Shown here in pieces: positions 57,271 through 64,000 of a stretch of 64,000 nt of DNA (position 1 is the stretch's first letter; every line of letters begins with the position of its first letter). Position numbers and translations under genes: made by a program. A model generated the notes under the pieces. It did no database searches, was not told the DNA's origin, and worked only from the letters and a program-made list of their open reading frames with translations. Source of the stretch: an uncultured Nitrospiraceae bacterium (GTDB lineage: Bacteria > Nitrospirota > Thermodesulfovibrionia > Thermodesulfovibrionales > Dissulfurispiraceae); NCBI GenBank assembly GCA_963727805.1, contig CAVSHF010000005.1:672001-736000 (forward strand). The letters are read 5' to 3'.

Positions 57271-57588
57271 TTATTGTTCTCTAGAAAGCGAATTACTAAG
57301 CCCTCCCGCGATGGCGGGAATAAGAGTTATCTCATCCCCGTCTTTGACTGGCGTCTGCTCTCCCTGCAGGGATCGTATGTCCTCTTCCTTGACATAGATA
57401 TTGATAAATCTCCTAATCTTACCCGCTTCGGTAATCTTTTCCTCGAATCCCGGATATTTCTTGTCGAGGTCGCGGATAAGATCGCTAACCGTCAGCAGTT
57501 CGCTATTTCTGCCGGGGAGCACCTCAATCTCTTCTCTGCCTTGGGTAAGCGTTTGAAGAAAGGTCGGGATTCTCACCTTTATAGCCAT
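57271..57588 (-). CDS. ThiS/MoaD/CysO-like ubiquitin-fold sulfur carrier with C-terminal extension
   Basis: VRIPT.L, RRFINIYV..EDIR, DGDEI..IPAIAGG followed by LSNSLSREQ. Confidence 0.92.
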   Translation of the reverse strand: MAIKVRIPTFLQTLTQGREEIEVLPGRNSELLTVSDLIRDLDKKYPGFEEKITEAGKIRRFINIYVKEEDIRSLQGEQTPVKDGDEITLIPAIAGGLSNSLSREQ

Positions 57589-58353
57589 TTCATCTCCGTG
57601 CCTGGATATGAATTCCAGCGCATTTCTTCATTTTCTAGATTAAAAAAGTAAATTGTATTCTACCCCAAAGCATATATAAAATCAAAGCCCACAACTGCCT
57701 ATAAGTGGTTATATTTATGAAGGTTTTTGATCAGATCGTCAGACGCCGACACACATGATGATTTCCAAAGTGATGCTACCTCCTGCAATCGCGTATCTAG
57801 AATCTCCGATACTTGTGCCATTTATAAGGACCTTCTCGGGTTTAATCTCTCTTTCTTCCACAATTCAGAAGCCCCATTTCCCTAATCCTCATTTTGGCAG
57901 CCGGATTAACTTTGTTCATCTTCTGTGCGACACCTGTACAATTCAGAGGCGCTTGGTTTGCGGATTATGTTGTAGAGACATCGCTCGTTGCACTTCACGT
58001 CCAGCCCCGCAAGACTTTTTTGGAATAGCATGCGGGCAACTATCTGCCTGCGGCAACAATATTCGTTCCCTCTATCACAGTGACTCCGCCTTTTACCGTA
58101 GTAGGACAGAGACTCCTCGGTTTCCGCTCCCTCCCGATTCCCATTTTCTTATTAATGGGATTCATCGTGGTTTTCTGCATCTTGACAGCTGAAGGGTCAA
58201 AAAAAGATTCCATGAAAAGCTACACTCCAGACAAAGATGAGTACATGTGCAAGTTGCCCTCATTTTCCTCATACTGCCGACATCATTAATTTAATACCAT
58301 GCTGCAGAGCCGTGGTATTCGTCAAAAAGCGGGAAGTTTGCTATATTGTATAT

Positions 58354-59994
58354 GTGCAGACTAATCCTGTAGAAAGAACCTCGCCGGTAACGGGAAAGAA
58401 GAGAATAGAAAATCTTGCCATCGCAATCTGTCTTCTTTTCGTTCTGTTGCCCTCTAACGCCCTGGCCTTTGTGACTCACGATTATCCCGCCACGTTCATA
58501 AATGAGGCGGCCCGCGTCTATTTCCTGATTGTCTGCATCATGGTGTTGTGGGCAATGCTCCGAAACAACCTGCAAAAAGAAAAGGGCTGGCGTTACACTT
58601 TCGTTTCCCTCATTTGTTTTATCATATGGGATATGGTTGTATTTGCCGGTCAGATATCCGCCCAAAGGATAGACCCTTCTCATTTTATAGGGAGCAACGA
58701 GGGATTCGAATACTTTAAAAGAAGCATGATACTCCACGAAAATGACTATTTCTATTATTTTGCAAGCTTTGACTATGTGATCATCGATATAGCAATGCTC
58801 CTTTTTTATAGAGGACTGACAGAGCATTTAGCCGAAGATAATAAGAATTCTTCAGCAGCATCCATGGCGGTTGTCCTGCCTCTTTTGCCGGTATTTGCCA
58901 CCTCCTTCGCTGGGTCTGTCATATTCATAGTGTTCGCCGTTTTGAGCCTCCTTGCAAGCCTTAATCTTTATAGAAGAGACCGGGATAATATTTTATGGAA
59001 TTACATGATATGGCTATCATCATCGTTTGTTGTTTGGTCCGTTTCGCGTGCAATTGGGCACGTTCTTCAGCATGTCCTAATAGCGTCTGGATCAAGGGAT
59101 ATGTGGAAGGAGATAGAGCCGATCAGCGGCAGCATTAATATTATCAGTTTCTTCATTGTAGGTTCGATCAGCATCTTTTTCATCAGGATGTATGATATTC
59201 ACGTGAGGATTCTTAATGATAAGAAAAAGATAGAAAACATCAATTCGGAAATGACGGAGTTAAACCAGGAACTTGAGGAAATTGTTGCTGAAAGGACAAT
59301 GGGTCTCATGGCACTAACCGTTGCCGATAAGATTAGAAACCCTGCGGCCGTAATAGGGCTTGTTTGCAGGCGCGTTCTCAAAAATAAAAAACAGGATGAG
59401 CATCTCAGTAAAGAACTCCTGGATGTGATCCAGGAATGCGAAAAATTGCAGAACGTAGTGGGCGACTTTGAAAATCTGCTAAAAACCAGGCGCTCTCAGT
59501 TTACTTATGAGAACCTCAACGACATCGCAAGAGAGGTAGTTCTGATAATTGCCGAAGAAGCCGAAAACAAGGGCGTGCTCATGTCAATTCATCTTTTTGA
59601 CAAGCCTTTAAAAATGAATATACAGAAAAGTCTTTTGAGGGTCGCTATCTTTCACGTTCTAAGAAATGCAATTGATGCAACTCCAGAAGGTGGCTTGATT
59701 CGGCTCACTACTTCGATTGAGGACGACTGCGTGGTACTTACCATATCCGACTCAGGCCCCGGAATCCACGCAGAAGATATCGAGATCATATTTGATATAT
59801 TCTACAGCACGAAACGGAAGGGATTCGGAATGGGACTGCCACTTGTGAAACAGATCGTTACAGAACATCTGGGAGAGGTAAGGGTCGAAAGCGAAGTGGG
59901 TAAGGGCACCACGTTCAAGATGATATTTCCCTCACGATGGACAGAGGACAGGCACATTCGCACAACCCCCGGAATTTCAGATAAGAAGGGTTAG
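58354..59994 (+). CDS. multi-pass membrane sensor histidine kinase-like protein with a degenerate H-box
   Basis: multiple hydrophobic helices, coiled coil, ADKIRNP, RNAIDA, DSGPGI, FYSTK, GFGMGL, GKGTTF; start uncertain (GTG 58354 preferred over 58237). Confidence 0.88.
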   Translation: MQTNPVERTSPVTGKKRIENLAIAICLLFVLLPSNALAFVTHDYPATFINEAARVYFLIVCIMVLWAMLRNNLQKEKGWRYTFVSLICFIIWDMVVFAGQISAQRIDPSHFIGSNEGFEYFKRSMILHENDYFYYFASFDYVIIDIAMLLFYRGLTEHLAEDNKNSSAASMAVVLPLLPVFATSFAGSVIFIVFAVLSLLASLNLYRRDRDNILWNYMIWLSSSFVVWSVSRAIGHVLQHVLIASGSRDMWKEIEPISGSINIISFFIVGSISIFFIRMYDIHVRILNDKKKIENINSEMTELNQELEEIVAERTMGLMALTVADKIRNPAAVIGLVCRRVLKNKKQDEHLSKELLDVIQECEKLQNVVGDFENLLKTRRSQFTYENLNDIAREVVLIIAEEAENKGVLMSIHLFDKPLKMNIQKSLLRVAIFHVLRNAIDATPEGGLIRLTTSIEDDCVVLTISDSGPGIHAEDIEIIFDIFYSTKRKGFGMGLPLVKQIVTEHLGEVRVESEVGKGTTFKMIFPSRWTEDRHIRTTPGISDKKG

Positions 59995-60422
59995 GGAACA
60001 ACTGCGATCTCTACACCCCTAACTTCTCCTTCTTTTATCGAAAAACCTTTTATGGCAGGCTCGGTTTCCATGAGGCTAATTATTACATAGACGACTTCTT
60101 CATAAAAAGCTAGCTCTTTATCCCTGGTGGACGGAAAGGCGGGGGAAGAAGGATGCGAGTGATAAATAGCGGTCATCCAGAGTGATTTACTTACCAATTC
60201 CTTCATTACTCCGAACTGCTCGGTGGGATCCATAAGAAAACTTACCGGTGATGGCTCGATATTGATCATCCGGTATATTTCGGATACAAGCATATCTCTG
60301 CCCGCAAGAATACCGCACGCTTCGTTGGGATATTCTTCCCTACAATGCGCAATCATAGATTCAAAGAGTGCGACCGGGATATCAACATGGCCTCGGCCCG
60401 CTTCAGGATTCGCCGGCTCCAT
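59991..60422 (-). CDS. JAB/M67 (Mec+-like) metallopeptidase
   Basis: P.EACG.L and YHSHP.....PS..D JAMM motif intact. Confidence 0.93.
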   Translation of the reverse strand: MEPANPEAGRGHVDIPVALFESMIAHCREEYPNEACGILAGRDMLVSEIYRMINIEPSPVSFLMDPTEQFGVMKELVSKSLWMTAIYHSHPSSPAFPSTRDKELAFYEEVVYVIISLMETEPAIKGFSIKEGEVRGVEIAVVP

Positions 60423-61203
60423 ATTCCTGCTCACTCAGCGAAATAATCCTGGGGTGCTCGCCGCATACAGGGCATTCAGGGTTTCTGCGGACCTTGACGC
60501 GCCTGAACTTAGTGGTCAGTCCATCGAAAATAAGAAGCCGTTCCTTGAGAATACGGCCTTTGCCGAGTATGAGTTTAATGACCTCAAGTGCCTGTAAAGT
60601 ACCGATCACTCCCGGGATTGCCCCGACAAGTCCCCCTACCTGAAGTGTATTTATGATACTTGCCGGCGGCATATCTTCAAAGAGGCAACGATAACAATGC
60701 CCTTCGCCCGGAAGGACTGTCGTAAGCTGGCCTTCGAACTTGAGAATAGCGCCGCTTACAAGTTTTTTTTTCAGAAGCACGCAGGCATCGTTGACCAAAA
60801 ACCGCGTCCGGAAATTGTCACTGCAGTCTACAACGATGTCGTAGTCTTTGATAAACTCCATGATATTGCTACAAGAGAGCCTTTCTCGTATAGGTCTCAC
60901 GCTTGTGTCAGGGTTTAAAGCTTCTAAAACCGCTTTTGCGGAATCAACCTTCGGCACGCCAAGCGTCTTTGTGCTGTGGACAATCTGCCTCTGGAGATTG
61001 CTCAGTTCAACGATATCATCGTCTATGAGGGCAAGATTCCCGACGCCCGCTGCAGTGAGATAATATCCGACAGGCGAGCCGAGCCCCCCTGCGCCGACAA
61101 TGAAGACCTTCGCTGCCAGCAGCCTCTCCTGACCCGCACCCCCTACCTCGGGAAGTATTAAATGGCGGCTATATCGCTGTATCTGAGCCTCGGAAAAGAC
61201 CAT
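60403..61203 (-). CDS. MoeB/ThiF (E1-like) adenylyltransferase
   Basis: RYSRH, GAGGLG, SNLQRQ, CYRC and CPVC zinc pairs; no rhodanese domain. Confidence 0.93.
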   Translation of the reverse strand: MVFSEAQIQRYSRHLILPEVGGAGQERLLAAKVFIVGAGGLGSPVGYYLTAAGVGNLALIDDDIVELSNLQRQIVHSTKTLGVPKVDSAKAVLEALNPDTSVRPIRERLSCSNIMEFIKDYDIVVDCSDNFRTRFLVNDACVLLKKKLVSGAILKFEGQLTTVLPGEGHCYRCLFEDMPPASIINTLQVGGLVGAIPGVIGTLQALEVIKLILGKGRILKERLLIFDGLTTKFRRVKVRRNPECPVCGEHPRIISLSEQEYGAGES

Positions 61204-61209
61204 CTTTCC

Positions 61210-62520
61210 TTAATCTTTTCCTTCGACTCTGATAAAGAGCGTCTTGTTCGAAACGGTGGGCAGGTTATCTATCTCGGCCACCGCCTTCATCACGTCCCTT
61301 TCGCATGCCCTGTGGGTAAGGACGACAAGCGGCACTGACCCTACTACACTCCTGCCCTTCTGGATAACCGAGGCAATGCTGATATTATAATTGCCGAGTA
61401 TTCCCGAGATATTCGAAAGCACGCCGGGCTTATCGAGAGCCGAGAACCTGAAATAGTACATGCTCTCGATGTCTTCCATCTTCCGGACTTTCTTCACGCC
61501 TTGCGCTCCAGCGGCGCAGATACCCGATAAGCGCGCACACCCGCCAGAAATGATATTCTTTCCAATATCGACGATATCGGCCACAACAGCGCTCCCTGTC
61601 GGCAGGTCGCCTGCGCCGCGCCCGTAGTAGAGTGTCGAACCGACCGCATCCCCCTCAACATACACAGCGTTAAAAACACCATCGATCTTCGAAATGAGGT
61701 ATTCAAGCGGCACCATCGTAGGATGAACCCTCATCTCAATTTCGCCATTATCCGATTTCGCGATGGCGAGCAGCTTTATCTTGTACCCAAATTCGGCGGC
61801 AAAATCGATGTCCCGGGCCGTGATTCTGGTAATACCCTCTCTATAGACGTCATTATATGAAAGCGGGATTCCATAGGCCAGTGAAGCAAGAATCGTGAGC
61901 TTGTGGGCTGTATCAATCCCCTCGATATCGAATGTTGGGTCCGCCTCGGCGTAACCGAGTTGTTGGGCCTCCCTGAGCGCATCGGAGAATTCGACCTTCT
62001 CGTCAGTCATTTTAGTAAGGATAAAATTTGAGGTGCCATTGATGATGCCGTAAATGGCTATCAGCTTGTTGGCCACAAGCCCCTCGCGAAGCACCTTAAT
62101 AATCGGGATACCACCGGCAACCGCAGCTTCAAAGCCCATCTCGACACCGTTTTCCCGAGCAGCGGCAAAGAGTTCATTCCCTTCGGTGGCAAGAAGTGCC
62201 TTATTTGCCGTAACAACATGCTTCTTGTTCTTTATCGCCTGGAGCATGAAATCCTTCGCAGGATGGATGCCTCCGATTAGTTCGACCACGATATCGATAT
62301 CAGGATCATTCAGCAGTCCGCTTGTATCGGTGGTAAGGATCCCATCTGGAACTTCCATCCCTCGGTCACGCGTTATATCCTGGTCTGCGATTTTCCTAAG
62401 TTTTATTTCAAAGCCCGTCCTACTTTTGATAATATCGCTATTTTCGAGCAGTAGCCTGGCTGTCCCGGAACCCACCGTCCCAAAACCGATGATGCCAACG
62501 GAAATCACGCGTTTGTCCAT
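61210..62520 (-). CDS. hom: homoserine dehydrogenase with ACT domain
   Basis: GFGTVG, VVTANK, EAAVAGGIP, GYAEADP, GRGAG. Confidence 0.97.
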   Translation of the reverse strand: MDKRVISVGIIGFGTVGSGTARLLLENSDIIKSRTGFEIKLRKIADQDITRDRGMEVPDGILTTDTSGLLNDPDIDIVVELIGGIHPAKDFMLQAIKNKKHVVTANKALLATEGNELFAAARENGVEMGFEAAVAGGIPIIKVLREGLVANKLIAIYGIINGTSNFILTKMTDEKVEFSDALREAQQLGYAEADPTFDIEGIDTAHKLTILASLAYGIPLSYNDVYREGITRITARDIDFAAEFGYKIKLLAIAKSDNGEIEMRVHPTMVPLEYLISKIDGVFNAVYVEGDAVGSTLYYGRGAGDLPTGSAVVADIVDIGKNIISGGCARLSGICAAGAQGVKKVRKMEDIESMYYFRFSALDKPGVLSNISGILGNYNISIASVIQKGRSVVGSVPLVVLTHRACERDVMKAVAEIDNLPTVSNKTLFIRVEGKD

Positions 62521-62536
62521 ATTATAATCGCTCCTT

Positions 62537-63718
62537 TTATGCACCTTTGTTAAGCGCCTTCTTGATTCCCTTAGCCGCCTGCTTGATACGCTGCTCGTTC
62601 TCAACGAGGGCAAACCTCACGAAACCTTCTCCTCCCTCGCCAAACCCTATCCCGGGAGATACCGCCACTTTTGCTTCCTTGATAAGAAACTTCGAGAACT
62701 CAAGAGATCCCATATACCTAAATGGCTCAGGTATCTCCGCCCAGACAAACATAGTCGCCTTAGGCGGCTCTATGCGCCAACCGGCCTGGTTCAGGCCCTT
62801 GAGGAGCACATCCCTTCTCGATTGGTAGATATTCCTCATATCCTCAACGCAGTTCTGGGGCCCTCTCAGCGCAACAATGCTCGCGATCTGGATAGGCTGG
62901 AACATGCCGTAATCGAGGTAGCTCTTTATCTTGATGAGGGCGCCGACGATTTCCCTGTTGCCGCAGCAAAAGCCGACCCTCCAGCCAGCCATGGAATAGC
63001 TCTTGGTAAGCGAGAAAAATTCCACCCCCACATCTCTCGCTCCCGACACCTGGAGAAAGCTGGGCGCTTTATAACCATCAAATAGGAGGTCAGCATAAGC
63101 AAAATCGTGGATGACGATGATGTTATTCTCCTTCGCGAAATCGACAACTTTCCTGAAGAAATCAAGTCCATTAAGGACCGCCGTAGTGGGATTATGAGGA
63201 AAATTAAGGATGAGGATCTTCGGATGGGGCCATGTCTTCTTAAAAGTCTTTTCCATCTCGGCAAAAAAATCTTTCCCGGGACCTATAGGGATGCTCGACA
63301 CCTCACCACCCGCTATAATCACCGCATATGGGTGGATCGGATAGGCAGGTGCAGGGGACATAACAACATCGCCCGGCTGGACCATGGCGAGTGCCAGATG
63401 AGAGAGGCCTTCCTTCGAACCTATCGTGACGACCGCCTCGGCTTCAGGGTCTATATCCACATCGAAGCGGCGTTTATACCACTCCGTGATTGCTACTCTC
63501 AATTGAGTAATGCCCTTCGATGCTGAATACCGATGGTTTTTGGGGTTCTTAGCAGCCTCGCAGAGCTTGTCGACTATATGCTTCGGCGTAGGCAGATCGG
63601 GGTTACCCATGCCGAGATCGATGATGTCCTCGCCCTGCCGCCGTGACTCCATCTTCAAATGATTGACGATGGCAAACACATACGGGGGCAGTCTCTTGAT
63701 CCTGTTAAATTCGTACAT
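62537..63718 (-). CDS. class I/II PLP aminotransferase (AlaC/DapL-like)
   Basis: [32 protein letters not shown]. Confidence 0.9.
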   Translation of the reverse strand: MYEFNRIKRLPPYVFAIVNHLKMESRRQGEDIIDLGMGNPDLPTPKHIVDKLCEAAKNPKNHRYSASKGITQLRVAITEWYKRRFDVDIDPEAEAVVTIGSKEGLSHLALAMVQPGDVVMSPAPAYPIHPYAVIIAGGEVSSIPIGPGKDFFAEMEKTFKKTWPHPKILILNFPHNPTTAVLNGLDFFRKVVDFAKENNIIVIHDFAYADLLFDGYKAPSFLQVSGARDVGVEFFSLTKSYSMAGWRVGFCCGNREIVGALIKIKSYLDYGMFQPIQIASIVALRGPQNCVEDMRNIYQSRRDVLLKGLNQAGWRIEPPKATMFVWAEIPEPFRYMGSLEFSKFLIKEAKVAVSPGIGFGEGGEGFVRFALVENEQRIKQAAKGIKKALNKGA

Positions 63719-64000
63719 TTATCCTCCTCGATTATACATTTCCTCGGCGTTCATGGAACTCCTTACCAGAGGCCCCGAGGAAACGGAGCAGAATCCAAGC
63801 TCCATCGCCTTTACCTTAAGGTCGTCGAATACATGGGGAATTATATATTCTACAACAGGCTGGTTCTTTTTTGTAGGTCTCAAATACTGCCCAATAGTGA
63901 GGGCTTCACAACCCGCGCCCCTCAGATCACCAAGCAAATCAATGACCTCACTTATTGTCTCGCCTAGTCCAAGCATCAACCCCGATTTCGTCCGGACGTC
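63719..64000 (-). CDS. lipA: lipoyl synthase, C-terminal part (runs off window end)
   Basis: TKSGLMLGLGE, TIGQYL.P, SGPLVRSS. Confidence 0.92.
   Translation of the reverse strand, partial: DVRTKSGLMLGLGETISEVIDLLGDLRGAGCEALTIGQYLRPTKKNQPVVEYIIPHVFDDLKVKAMELGFCSVSSGPLVRSSMNAEEMYNRGG

Noticed and set aside
57755..58289. 145-aa and 69-aa plus-strand ORFs upstream of the kinase
   Set aside because: No recognisable domain or RBS and atypical composition; the minus-strand frames I translated are also interrupted and unrecognisable.
57025..61203. Ubiquitin-like protein conjugation or anti-phage (Bil/CBASS-type) system
   Set aside because: No E2 or E3, the E1 lacks the loop Cys, and the context is amino-acid biosynthesis; sulfur relay is the simpler reading.

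Overview
This is a gene-dense core chromosomal region of a bacterium. Gene order and protein style suggest Nitrospirota (Thermodesulfovibrionia-like), which is an inference. From left to right it holds: partial rel, murA, mutL, an orphan 2-oxoacid:ferredoxin oxidoreductase alpha subunit, nrnA-rbfA-infB, rpmB, dciA and tig-clpP-clpX. The str/S10/spc/alpha ribosomal supercluster follows, without rpmD or adk and not preceded by rpoBC. Next come an MBL hydrolase, birA, coaX, usp, a geranylgeranyl reductase-family gene, tonB, pilMNOPQ, aspS, rluB, a surA-like gene, hypE, a lipoprotein, argH, a second EF-G and an rseC-like gene. The right end is an aspartate-family operon (lipA-aminotransferase-hom...apgM-lysC-cimA). 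I saw no rRNA, tRNA, CRISPR array or transposase. Most notable observations: (1) an E1-like/JAB/ThiS-like/NIL sulfur-relay module sits inside the homoserine operon, with a capped Gly-Gly carrier, an E1 lacking the loop Cys and a decayed thrC; (2) an orphan membrane histidine kinase whose phospho-acceptor His is Asp splits that module; (3) a G9 tract holds a signal peptide one base out of frame with an MBL hydrolase; (4) several genes have apparently leaderless promoter architecture; (5) a heptamer-periodic palindrome lies inside the spc operon.
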